Positions 8,916-17,806 of a DNA stretch of 64,000 nucleotides are shown piece after piece. The notes under the pieces are model-generated. The model was given only the letters and a program-made list of their open reading frames with translations. It made no database searches and was not told the origin of the DNA. Every line of letters starts with the position of its first letter. Position 1 is the stretch's first letter. The DNA lies in NCBI GenBank assembly GCA_035263125.1, contig DATFRP010000197.1:17229-81228 (forward strand), in the 5' to 3' direction. The DNA comes from Vicinamibacterales bacterium (GTDB taxonomy: Bacteria > Acidobacteriota > Vicinamibacteria > Vicinamibacterales > UBA2999). The translations under genes were made by a program, and so were the position numbers.

Positions 8916-11597
8916 TCACTCACTCCGGAACGCTTCGATAGGATCGACGCGCGAAGCACGCAGCGCGGGGACCACCGCGGCGATGGCGGCCGTCACGCCC
9001 AGCACGAGGATGACGGTGCCGAACGTCAGCGGATCGATTGAGGGGACGCCAACGAGAAACGTCGCAATCGATTGACCGAGCACCGCAGCCAGCCCGAGAC
9101 CGATCAGCGCGCCGGTCCCGATCACGCGAGCGGCACTGGTCAAGACCATCTTCAACACGGTCGCGGCGGTGGCGCCGAGTGCGATGCGAACGCCGAACTC
9201 ACGCGTCCGCTGCTCGACGGCATACGCGAGCACACCGAAGACGCCGACCATCGCGAGCACAAGAGCGAGCCCGCCGAACACGACGACGAGCACCGCGCGG
9301 AAACGTTGCGGGGACGAGGACTGCCATGCGATGTCCTGCATCGTGCGGACGCGTGTCACCGGGACCGTCTTGTCCACGCGGGCGACCGCAGCGCGCACGA
9401 TCGGCGCGAGCGCGTCGGCATTCCCACGTGCCGGTCGAACGACGAGCGACGCACTGACGCTGACGTCCTGTCCAAGCGGCACGTAAATGTGTACGGGCTC
9501 TTCCAGTTCGACCGGTTGTCCCTTGACCTGCCGCACGACGCCGACGATTTCACGCACGATCGGCTCGCGTGATTCCAGTGCGCCTACCCTCCTGAGCGCG
9601 ACTCGCTTGCCCAAGGGGTCGCGTCCGTTCAGGACGGTCCGCACGAACGCCTCGTTCACCAGGCACACCGGCTGACTCTCCGGTGTGTCGCGATCGGTGA
9701 GCGCGCGTCCACGCACCATCGGAATCTCCAGTGTCGTGAAAAACGTCGGGCTGACGATCTGGATATCAGCGGTGGGCCGGCTATTGAGATCGCGCGGCGG
9801 GTCACCAACCACTTCGAACGTCATCTCGTGAATGAACTGGTGGTCGAGCGGAAGCGCCCGTCCCCAGCCGATGCCGCTGACCGCGGGCGACATCGCGAGC
9901 TGCTGTTCGACTGCGGTGTAGAACCGCTGCATCGACTCGCGCGTGGGATATCCCGAGCCGGGGACACCACCAGGCAGATTGAGCTGGACCGTCAGGACAT
10001 TCTCAGCGCCGTGCCCCGCATCGAGCCGCTCGACGGCCATCAACGTTCGCAGTAACAAGCCGGCACCACACAGGAGCAGCACCGCGGTCGCCACCTCCGC
10101 GGCGACGAGCAGGCTCCGGAATTTTCCGTCGCGGCCCGTCGCGCTGCGGCTTTCCGAGCCGATCACCTGCACGAGCGAACGGCCGGTCGCCTGGAATGCC
10201 GGGGCCAGCCCGAAGAGCACGCCGACGGCGAATGCGCTCACGGCACAGAACGCGATTACGCGTCCATCGAATGTGAACGCGATCGCCGGTGGCAGCAGTC
10301 CCTCGGGGATCACAGCCGGAGCCACCTCGAGGATCGCGGCGCCGACTGCCAGTCCGATCACGCCGCCAATGGCGGCGAGCACGATGCTCTCGGTCAGGAT
10401 CTGCGTCACGATTCGCACCCGTCCCGCACCCAGTGCCGATCGCACCGCGAGCTCGCGCGCGCGAACGGTCGTCCGCGCGAGCAGCAGATTCGCGATGTTG
10501 GCGCAGCACATCAGCAGCACCACGCCGACAACGCCGAGCAACAGCACGGAAGTTAGACGCACGTCCGAGCGGATCACCCACTCGCGTAGCGGATCGACCC
10601 TGACGCCGCGACCCTTGTTGGTGGCGGGATACTCTCGCGCGAGCGCGTCACCGATCGCCGTCATGTCGTCTCGCGCCGCCTGTTCGCTGACGCCAGGCTT
10701 CAGCCGACCGAACACGCGCATGAAGTGGAGCGCCCGTTCGTCGAGCCCCGGCACCGGCACATAGGGCGTCCAGAATCTGCTCGGCGCCAGTACCTGCGCG
10801 GCTTCTGGAACAACACCGATGACGGTGAACGGTCGCCCATCGATCTGGAAGGTGCGTCCAACGATTCCACGGTCCGCGCCGAATCGCGCGCGCCAGAACG
10901 TTTCGTTGAGCACCACCACGTCGAGATTCGATGCGACGTCATTCGGTACGAACACACGGCCCACGATCGGTGTCACCCCGAGGACCTGGAAGAATGGCGC
11001 CGTCACGCGCCAGCCGATCACCTGCTCGACCGTACCGTCGGCGCCGACAATCGTGCGAGTACCGCCCCCGTACGCCATGCCGGCCATGCCCTCGAACGTC
11101 CGGTTCCGCTCGTTCCAGTCGCGAAGGTTCAGGGGCGCGACGGCCGCGCAGCACCCCCGCAGCGCGGCGAACTGTTCGGACACCAGGAACACCCGATCGG
11201 GATCCCGAAGCGGCAGCGGACGAATCAGAATGCCATCGGCCAGCGCGAAGATCGCGCCGTTGGCGCCGATGCCGAGCGCGAGGGTGAGCGTGGCGATCAG
11301 CGTGAACGCCGGCGCCCGCCGCAACTGCCGCAGCGCGAATCGCACGTCGTCTCTCACCTCACCGAGCCATTGCGTCAGTCGCATCTCACGATCCCGCCTT
11401 CTGCCAAGGTCCACGCACGTGCGTTTCAGGCGAGTGACGTCGCCCACCCGCGCGAGGACGATCTCGCGCGCTGCCCTCGGGTCGACTCCACGCTCGACCA
11501 GTTCGCGCATCCGCATCTCGACGTGGAACGCGATTTCTTCGTCGACTTCACGATCGACGGGAACCCGCCAGAGCCACGATCGAAGTGAGCGCCTCAT
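8916..11597 (-). CDS. ADOP-family duplicated MacB/FtsX-like permease, array copy 4
   Basis: ORF 8916..11606. The track start is a GTG; I prefer ATG 11597 (MRRSLRSWLWRVPVDREVDEEIAFHVEMRMRELVERGVDP), which aligns with the other copies. It ends VDPIEAFRSE. Confidence 0.9.
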   Translation of the reverse strand: MRRSLRSWLWRVPVDREVDEEIAFHVEMRMRELVERGVDPRAAREIVLARVGDVTRLKRTCVDLGRRRDREMRLTQWLGEVRDDVRFALRQLRRAPAFTLIATLTLALGIGANGAIFALADGILIRPLPLRDPDRVFLVSEQFAALRGCCAAVAPLNLRDWNERNRTFEGMAGMAYGGGTRTIVGADGTVEQVIGWRVTAPFFQVLGVTPIVGRVFVPNDVASNLDVVVLNETFWRARFGADRGIVGRTFQIDGRPFTVIGVVPEAAQVLAPSRFWTPYVPVPGLDERALHFMRVFGRLKPGVSEQAARDDMTAIGDALAREYPATNKGRGVRVDPLREWVIRSDVRLTSVLLLGVVGVVLLMCCANIANLLLARTTVRARELAVRSALGAGRVRIVTQILTESIVLAAIGGVIGLAVGAAILEVAPAVIPEGLLPPAIAFTFDGRVIAFCAVSAFAVGVLFGLAPAFQATGRSLVQVIGSESRSATGRDGKFRSLLVAAEVATAVLLLCGAGLLLRTLMAVERLDAGHGAENVLTVQLNLPGGVPGSGYPTRESMQRFYTAVEQQLAMSPAVSGIGWGRALPLDHQFIHEMTFEVVGDPPRDLNSRPTADIQIVSPTFFTTLEIPMVRGRALTDRDTPESQPVCLVNEAFVRTVLNGRDPLGKRVALRRVGALESREPIVREIVGVVRQVKGQPVELEEPVHIYVPLGQDVSVSASLVVRPARGNADALAPIVRAAVARVDKTVPVTRVRTMQDIAWQSSSPQRFRAVLVVVFGGLALVLAMVGVFGVLAYAVEQRTREFGVRIALGATAATVLKMVLTSAARVIGTGALIGLGLAAVLGQSIATFLVGVPSIDPLTFGTVILVLGVTAAIAAVVPALRASRVDPIEAFRSE

Positions 11598-11644
11598 AGC
11601 GCACACTTGTCGGCCAGGCCCTGCTCTTTGGACCCGGCTGCCCC

Positions 11645-11677
11645 GGCGGGTCTACAAAACAAGACCCGCCCTACGAG
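11645..11677 (-). repeat. REP-like hairpin in the copy4/copy5 spacer
   Basis: GGCGGGTCT-acaaaaca-AGACCCGCC (perfect 9-bp stem) followed by CTACGAG. A degenerate partner lies just upstream, around 11621..11640. Confidence 0.6.
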
Positions 11678-11695
11678 TGTGTTGTTCGTCACACG

Positions 11696-14398
11696 TCACT
11701 CACTTCGGAAGGTTTCGACGGGATCCACTCGTGTCGCACGCCACGCCGGCGCCGCGGCCGCAACTGTCGCCGTCAGCACGAGCACGGCTGCCACCGTCGC
11801 GAACGTCGTGGGATCCAACGGCCGCACACCGAACAGGAAACTTGAAATCGTCTGCGCCAACGCCGCCGCGGCCCCGAGTCCGATCGCCCCGCCCACACCG
11901 ACCATGCGTGCGGCGCCACCGACGATCAATCGCAGGACGTCGGCGGTTCTCGCGCCCAGCGCGATTCGAACGCCGAGCTCACGCGTGCGCTGCTCTACCG
12001 AATACGCGAGCACGCCGAAAATCCCAACCATCGCCAGTGCAAGAGCGAGCGCGGCAAACGTGCCGACCATGACCGCACGGAAACGGTGCGGCGCAGTCGT
12101 CAGGTTGGCGAGATCGGTCAGCGTTCGTTCCCTGCGCACCGGCACGTCCCTGTCGATCCGCGCGATCGCATCGCGAATCGGGGTGATCAACGACTGCACC
12201 GGCCCCGACGTCGCTTGAACGACCAGGTAGGTGTCTGACAACGGAAGCTGCGTCAGAGGCACGTACACCACCAACGGCGAATAGGGCTCGTCCATCCGAT
12301 CTTTCAGCTGACGGACGACGCCGACGATTGCTCTCGGCATTGGCGCCATGACGCCTGGAATGTCGATGCCGATCACCACGCGAGCCCCGATCGGATCTCT
12401 GCCTGCCAGGTGCTGCCGGACGAACGCTTCGTTGACGATGCAGACGAGCGGGCTGTCACCAGCATCACGTTCGTCGAAAGGGCGGCCCGCGACGATCGGA
12501 AGGTCGAGCGTGGTGAAGTAGCCTGGGCTCGCCGCCTGCAAATCCGCCGAGGGCTGATTCGCTGCGGGCACCGGCGGATCACCGGCGATCTCGAATCGCA
12601 GGCGCCCTATCTCCGTCGTTCCCCACGGGAGGCCCGTCGACCATCCGAACCGGCGCACGCCCGGGATCGCGCTCACGTCGCGCGTCGCCGCATCGTAGAA
12701 CTGCGTGTACGACTGCATGGTCGGATAGCGCGTGCCCGCCCGCGGAGGAGGCAGGCTGAAGTCGAGCGTCAGCACGATGTCACCGTCGGCGCGATACCCG
12801 GGATCGAAGCCGCTGAACACCAGCATGGTGCGCAGCAATAGTCCAGCACCGCAGAGGAGCAGCACCGCTGCAGCCACTTCGCCGGCGACGACGATGCGGC
12901 GAAACCGTCCATCGCGGCCGGTGGTCGATCGGCTCTCGGATGTGATCGCCTGCAGGAGTGAAGGTCTCGTGGCCTGCCACGCCGGCATGAGGCCGAACAA
13001 CACGCCGACCGACATCGCTGCCAGCGCGCAGAAGATCACCACGCGTCCGTCGAATGCGACCGACAGTGCTGCCGGTAGCAGCCCCGGCGGTATCAAGAGG
13101 GGCGCACCTTTGAGAATCGCAGCGCCGACAGCGGCACCGAGGATGCCGCCGAGCGTCGCAAGCACGAGGCTCTCGGTCAGCAGCTGCACGACGATGCGCG
13201 ATCGGCCTGCGCCAAGCGCCGCACGGACGGCGAGTTCTCGCGAACGGGCGCTCCCGCGCGCGAGCAGCAAGTTGGCGATGTTCGCGCAGCACAAGAGCAG
13301 CACGAAGCCGACGACGCCGAGGAGGAGCAGCGACGTCATCCGCAGATCGCGACCCATGACCCCATTCCGCAGCGGCTCGACGAATACGCCCCAATCCACG
13401 TTCGTTTCCGGATACGCCCCTGCAAGTCGGTTGGCGACGACCGACAAATCCGCCTGCGCAGCCGCCATCGTGACGCCCGGCTTGAGACGGCCGATGACCT
13501 GCATGAACCTCGCGTTGCGAGGGATGTTCTGAGTCAGGCTGCCGGCTTCAGGCAGGTCGGGCAGGAGCGACCAGATGCTCGCGGGGCGCTGGAGTTGAAC
13601 ATCGTCGCGCACGATCCCGATCACTGCGAACGGCTGGCCGTTCAAACGGATCGTGCGTCCAATCAATGCGGGGTCGGCACCAAACCGTCTTCGCCACAAG
13701 CCCTCGCTCATCACGACCACCGGCGCGGCCCCTCGCTCCGCATCGGCCGGGCGGAATGTTCGACCTGCCACGGGCGTGATGCCCAGGACGTCGAAGAAGC
13801 GCGCGGTCACCGTTTGCCGATCCGCGCTCTGCAACGATCCGTCGGGGGCTTCGACCAGCGGCCCGCCGCCGGCGCCGAACATGATCGCCGCGAACGCTTC
13901 GAACGTCTGAGTCTGTTTCTCGAGATCGCCAAGATCGCTCGGCGAGACACCCGTCCGGGGAATCTTTGGTGTACGCCCCCAGACCATGGCCAAGCGATCG
14001 GCGTTGGCGTACGGCAGCGCTCGCAGCAGCGTCGCGTCAGCGAGCGCGAACATCGCGCTGTTCGCCCCGATGCCGAGCGCCAGCGTGATCGCCGCGACCG
14101 CGGTGAAAGCGGGCGCCGCTCTCAATTGCCTGATCGCAAACTTCACATCGTCCTTGAACTCACCGAGCCATTGTGTGAGACGCATCTCTCGATCTCTCCG
14201 TCGACCTAGATCCACACACGTCCGTTTGAGCCGCCTTACATCACCGAGCCGCGCGAGCACGACCTGGCGCGCGGCCTTCTGATCCATGCCGCGCTCGACG
14301 AGCTCGCGTGTGCGCATCTCGATATGGAAGGCGATTTCTTCGTCGACCTCCTGATCGATCGGCACGCGCCACAGCCACGATCGAAGAGAACGTTTCAT
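11696..14398 (-). CDS. ADOP-family duplicated MacB/FtsX-like permease, array copy 5
   Basis: 900-aa ORF starting MKRSLRSWLWRVPIDQEVDEEIAFHIEMRTRELVERGMDQ, with the same architecture. It ends VDPVETFRSE. Confidence 0.92.
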   Translation of the reverse strand: MKRSLRSWLWRVPIDQEVDEEIAFHIEMRTRELVERGMDQKAARQVVLARLGDVRRLKRTCVDLGRRRDREMRLTQWLGEFKDDVKFAIRQLRAAPAFTAVAAITLALGIGANSAMFALADATLLRALPYANADRLAMVWGRTPKIPRTGVSPSDLGDLEKQTQTFEAFAAIMFGAGGGPLVEAPDGSLQSADRQTVTARFFDVLGITPVAGRTFRPADAERGAAPVVVMSEGLWRRRFGADPALIGRTIRLNGQPFAVIGIVRDDVQLQRPASIWSLLPDLPEAGSLTQNIPRNARFMQVIGRLKPGVTMAAAQADLSVVANRLAGAYPETNVDWGVFVEPLRNGVMGRDLRMTSLLLLGVVGFVLLLCCANIANLLLARGSARSRELAVRAALGAGRSRIVVQLLTESLVLATLGGILGAAVGAAILKGAPLLIPPGLLPAALSVAFDGRVVIFCALAAMSVGVLFGLMPAWQATRPSLLQAITSESRSTTGRDGRFRRIVVAGEVAAAVLLLCGAGLLLRTMLVFSGFDPGYRADGDIVLTLDFSLPPPRAGTRYPTMQSYTQFYDAATRDVSAIPGVRRFGWSTGLPWGTTEIGRLRFEIAGDPPVPAANQPSADLQAASPGYFTTLDLPIVAGRPFDERDAGDSPLVCIVNEAFVRQHLAGRDPIGARVVIGIDIPGVMAPMPRAIVGVVRQLKDRMDEPYSPLVVYVPLTQLPLSDTYLVVQATSGPVQSLITPIRDAIARIDRDVPVRRERTLTDLANLTTAPHRFRAVMVGTFAALALALAMVGIFGVLAYSVEQRTRELGVRIALGARTADVLRLIVGGAARMVGVGGAIGLGAAAALAQTISSFLFGVRPLDPTTFATVAAVLVLTATVAAAAPAWRATRVDPVETFRSE

Positions 14399-14417
14399 TC
14401 CAACCGCCTCGACGCGC

Positions 14418-14487
14418 CGTAGGCCGGGTCCTGTTCTGTGGACCCGGCGTCAAAGGCAGGTCTACAAAGCAAGACCCGCCCTACGAG
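14418..14487. repeat. inverted pair of REP-like hairpins (BIME-like) in the copy5/copy6 spacer
   Basis: First: CGTAG + GCCGGGTCC-tgttctgt-GGACCCGGC (14418..14448). Second: GGCAGGTCT-acaaagca-AGACCCGCC + CTACGAG (14455..14487, one mismatch). The two GTAG heads face outwards. Confidence 0.65.
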
Positions 14488-14505
14488 TGTCTCGTTCGTC
14501 ACACG

Positions 14506-17169
14506 TCACTCGCTGCGGAACGCCACGACGGGATCGACGCGTACGGCACGCAGCGCGGGCACCGCTGTCGCGACCAGGGCAGTGATGATCGAGACGAGGG
14601 TCGCAGCACCAAACGTCAACGGATCAACCGGCGTGACGCCGAACAGGAACGAACCAATCGCCTGACCGAGTGCCGCCGCCACCACCAACCCGACAGCGAC
14701 TCCAACCGCGATGACACGCCCTGCTCCGTTCAAGACGAGACCGAGGACAGTCCATGGCGTCGCCCCAAGCGCGATGCGAACCCCGAACTCGCGGCTGCGC
14801 TGTTCGACGGTGTACGCCAGGACGCCGAAGACTCCCACCATGGCGAGCAGCAGCGCCAGCGCCGCGAACGTCACCACCATCACGGCGCGGAACCGCGGCC
14901 GCGCCGTCGCGTCTCTCGCCACCTCGTCGAGCGTTCTGATGCGCGTCAGCGGTACTCCACTATCCACGCGCGCGACTGCGACCCTCACCGCCGTGACGAG
15001 CGCATCGGCGCGGCCGCTGCGTGGCCGCACAGCGAGCGCGACAAAGCTCCACGCGTTCTGTGCGAACGGCACGTATACCTGCGCCGGGTCATCGACTTCT
15101 GTTGGTTGATTCTTCACCTGCCGCACGACACCGACGATCTCGCGCACGATCGGCTGCGAGGACCCGAGCTGGATTCGTCCGATCGCGATCCGCATCCCGA
15201 TCGGATTCGTGGTGTGCAGATACCGCCGCACGAGCCCTTCACTGACCAGACACACAGGCACGCTCATGGCCGAGTCCTGGTCAGAGAAACCACGGCCAGC
15301 GACCACCGGAATATCGAGTGTCTGCAAGTACGTTGGAGTGACGAGCTGGTAGTCGGCCAGCGGACGATCCGTCGATGCGGCCGCTTCGTTGCCGACGATG
15401 TCGAACGGCATCCTGGAGAAATTACCGTCGAGTGGCAGACCGGTCGTCCACCCGACGCTGCGCACACCGGGCACGCGTTGCACCTCGCGCTCGACGGCAT
15501 CGACGAAGCGACGCAGCGCGTCCTCATTGGGAAAACGCGACGTGGAGGCGCCGTACTCGAGATTGACGCGGAACGTGATCACGTTGTTCTCGCGGTAACC
15601 AGCGTCGACGTTGTCGAGCGACATCAAGGTGCGCAACAGCAGGCCCGCGCCGCACAGCAACAAGACCGCAGCGGCGACTTCGGCGATGACGAGGACGCTC
15701 CGAAGTCGTGCTCCTCCCTTCGTGCTGCCGCGGCTTTCAGAAGAGGTCGCCTGAACGAGCGACGTGCCGCTCGCCTGCCACGCCGGCGCGAGACCAAAAA
15801 TCAATCCGATCGCAAACGTCGTCGCCGCGCAAAACACGATGACCCGCGCATCGAAAGACAGCGTGACTGCAGGCGGCAACACACCCTGAGGAATCAGGCT
15901 GGGCGCGATCCTCAGGATGAGCGCGCCGACCCCGAGCCCAAGCGAGCCACCGATCAGCGCGAGCACCAGGCTCTCGGTGAGGATCTGGGTGACGATGCGC
16001 CTCCGCCCCGCACCGAGCGCCGCGCGGACAGCGATCTCACGGGTGCGCCCGCTCGCGCGCGCGAGCAGCAGATTCGCGACGTTCGCGCAGCACATCATCA
16101 ACACGAACCCGACGACGCCGACGAAGAGCAACGACGTCAGGCGCATTTCGGACGGAATCAATCCAGTGCGCAGCGGCTCGACGGTGATCCCGCGCCCCTT
16201 GTTCGTCCCCGGAAGCTCGCGCGCGAGCGTGTCGGCGAGCGTCGTCATCTCGCTTTGCGCCGCCTCGACGGTGATACCACGCTTCAGCCGTCCAATGACC
16301 GACATGAAACGCAGGCCTCGGGCGTCCATGCCCGGCAGCTCGGCCCACAGCGTCCATAGGCCAGCGCGCTGCACGACTTGCGCTTCGGCGGAGACGACCC
16401 CGAGAATCGCGACCGGACCGCCATCGACTTGAATCGTGCGGCCGACCACCGAAGGGTCCGCGCCGAACCGCGTGCGCCACAACCCTTCACTGATCACCAT
16501 CGTGTTCGGCGGAAACGCAACGTCGCTCGGCACGAACGTACGGCCAAGGATCGGTGTAATCCCAAGCACGTCGAAGTAGCGCGTCGTCACCTGCATCGCG
16601 GGGATCTCCTCGACCGTGCCATCAGGTGCCGCTATTCGACGCGGATAACCGAAAAACCCCGCCATTGACTCGAAGGTCTGGGACCGTTCGCTCCAATCGC
16701 GGAAATTCAGCCACGACGCGGTGATTCGAGGAAACGATTCGAATCGCTCCCAGACCCTGGTGAGTCGATCGGCGGCGGGAAATGGGAAAGGCCGCAGCAG
16801 CGTCGCGTCCGCAAGCGCAAACATCGCGCTGTTCGCACCGATGCCGAGCGCCAACGTGATCGCCGCGACCAGCGTGAACCCTGGCGCCCCTCGCAGTTGC
16901 CGCAGCGCAAACGTCACATCGTCTTTGAGCTCACCGAGCCATTGTGTGAGGCGCATCTCTCGATCTCTTCGCTGTCCAAGATCCACGCACGTGCGTTTGA
17001 GCCGGCTGACATCGCCCAGTCGTGCGAGCACCACTTCACGTGCGGCGTGCGGGTCCATGCCACGCTCGACCAACTCGCGCGCGCGCATCTCGATATGGAA
17101 GCCGATTTCTTCGTCGACCTCCTGATCGATCGGCACCCGCCACAGCCACGAGCGCAACGAACGCTTCAT
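14506..17169 (-). CDS. ADOP-family duplicated MacB/FtsX-like permease, array copy 6
   Basis: ORF 14506..17208. I prefer ATG 17169 (MKRSLRSWLWRVPIDQEVDEEIGFHIEMRARELVERGMDP), which aligns with the other copies. It ends VDPVVAFRSE. Confidence 0.9.
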   Translation of the reverse strand: MKRSLRSWLWRVPIDQEVDEEIGFHIEMRARELVERGMDPHAAREVVLARLGDVSRLKRTCVDLGQRRDREMRLTQWLGELKDDVTFALRQLRGAPGFTLVAAITLALGIGANSAMFALADATLLRPFPFPAADRLTRVWERFESFPRITASWLNFRDWSERSQTFESMAGFFGYPRRIAAPDGTVEEIPAMQVTTRYFDVLGITPILGRTFVPSDVAFPPNTMVISEGLWRTRFGADPSVVGRTIQVDGGPVAILGVVSAEAQVVQRAGLWTLWAELPGMDARGLRFMSVIGRLKRGITVEAAQSEMTTLADTLARELPGTNKGRGITVEPLRTGLIPSEMRLTSLLFVGVVGFVLMMCCANVANLLLARASGRTREIAVRAALGAGRRRIVTQILTESLVLALIGGSLGLGVGALILRIAPSLIPQGVLPPAVTLSFDARVIVFCAATTFAIGLIFGLAPAWQASGTSLVQATSSESRGSTKGGARLRSVLVIAEVAAAVLLLCGAGLLLRTLMSLDNVDAGYRENNVITFRVNLEYGASTSRFPNEDALRRFVDAVEREVQRVPGVRSVGWTTGLPLDGNFSRMPFDIVGNEAAASTDRPLADYQLVTPTYLQTLDIPVVAGRGFSDQDSAMSVPVCLVSEGLVRRYLHTTNPIGMRIAIGRIQLGSSQPIVREIVGVVRQVKNQPTEVDDPAQVYVPFAQNAWSFVALAVRPRSGRADALVTAVRVAVARVDSGVPLTRIRTLDEVARDATARPRFRAVMVVTFAALALLLAMVGVFGVLAYTVEQRSREFGVRIALGATPWTVLGLVLNGAGRVIAVGVAVGLVVAAALGQAIGSFLFGVTPVDPLTFGAATLVSIITALVATAVPALRAVRVDPVVAFRSE

Positions 17170-17179
17170 AGCGCCTCGT

Positions 17180-17250
17180 CGTAGGCCGGGTCCTGTTCTG
17201 TGGACCACCCGGCTCCCACGGCCGGTCTATACAGCAAGACCCGCCCTACG
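17180..17250. repeat. inverted pair of REP-like hairpins in the copy6/stub spacer
   Basis: The organisation matches 14418..14487. First: CGTAG + GCCGGGTCC-tgttctgt-GGACC(ac)CCGGC. Second: GGCCGGTCT-atacagca-AGACCCGCC + CTACG. Confidence 0.6.
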
Positions 17251-17271
17251 AATGTTCGTGATACGCGACCT

Positions 17272-17364
17272 TCACTCACTCCGAAACGCTTCGACCGGAT
17301 CGACCCGCGTCGCCCGCAGCGCCGGAGCTGCGATTGCCGCTGCCGCGGTGATTACCAACACCAA
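17272..17364 (-). pseudogene. 3'-terminal stub (30 codons plus stop) of a seventh ADOP permease
   Basis: The minus-strand translation is LVLVITAAAAIAAPALRATRVDPVEAFRSE*. It matches the conserved C-termini of the six full copies (for example VTLVLIVTAIVAMAAPAIRAARVDPVEAFRSE). The upstream roughly 870 codons are missing. The stub starts directly after the PadR stop codon. Confidence 0.85.
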
Positions 17365-17700
17365 TCATTGGGCGAGCAGAATCTTTGAAACCGCCGCGAC
17401 GAACTGAAGCCACGTCGCCGTCTCGGCGTTGAGTTGTGCTCGCCCCTGTCGCGTGAGGCGATAGAGTTTGGCGCGGCGGCCGAGCTCCGACTCTCCCCAC
17501 TCGGCTTCGAGCCAACCTCGTCGCTCCATCCGGTACAACGCGGGATAGAGCGACCCTTCTTCGACCACGACCGTTTCGCCGGAGGCATCCTCGATGAACT
17601 TCGCGATTGCGTATCCGTGGCGCGGACCTGAGGCGAGCGTCTTGAGAATCAGCGCGTCGAGCGTGCCGTGCAGCAGGGCGTTGGGCGTCTTCGAGGCCAT
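17365..17700 (-). CDS. PadR-family transcriptional regulator
   Basis: 111 aa with a winged-helix PadR pattern: LDALILKTLASGPRHGYAIAKFIEDASGETVVVEEGSLYPALYRMERRGWLEAEW...KLYRLTRQG. It sits at the 5' end of the permease array. Confidence 0.9.
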   Translation of the reverse strand: MASKTPNALLHGTLDALILKTLASGPRHGYAIAKFIEDASGETVVVEEGSLYPALYRMERRGWLEAEWGESELGRRAKLYRLTRQGRAQLNAETATWLQFVAAVSKILLAQ

Positions 17701-17713
17701 AGTCTCAGCGTCT

Positions 17714-17738
17714 CATTACCAAGACAATCTTGGTAATG
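17714..17738. promoter_or_regulatory. perfect palindrome, candidate PadR operator
   Basis: CATTACCAAGA-caa-TCTTGGTAATG has 11-bp perfect arms. It ends 14 nt upstream of the PadR ATG (17700). It is AT-richer than its surroundings. Confidence 0.55.
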
Positions 17739-17806
17739 GCTGCTTAGACGAGACCAGGCGCAGTTAGGTTGGCGTACGAATACCGTGAGTTTCTGGGTAT
17801 TGATGA

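Noticed and set aside
3269-17271. The regularly spaced hairpin-containing spacers could superficially suggest a CRISPR-like repeat-spacer structure.
   Set aside because: The period is about 2.7 kb and the intervening units are full-length paralogous genes. The repeats are not identical direct repeats, and no cas genes are present.
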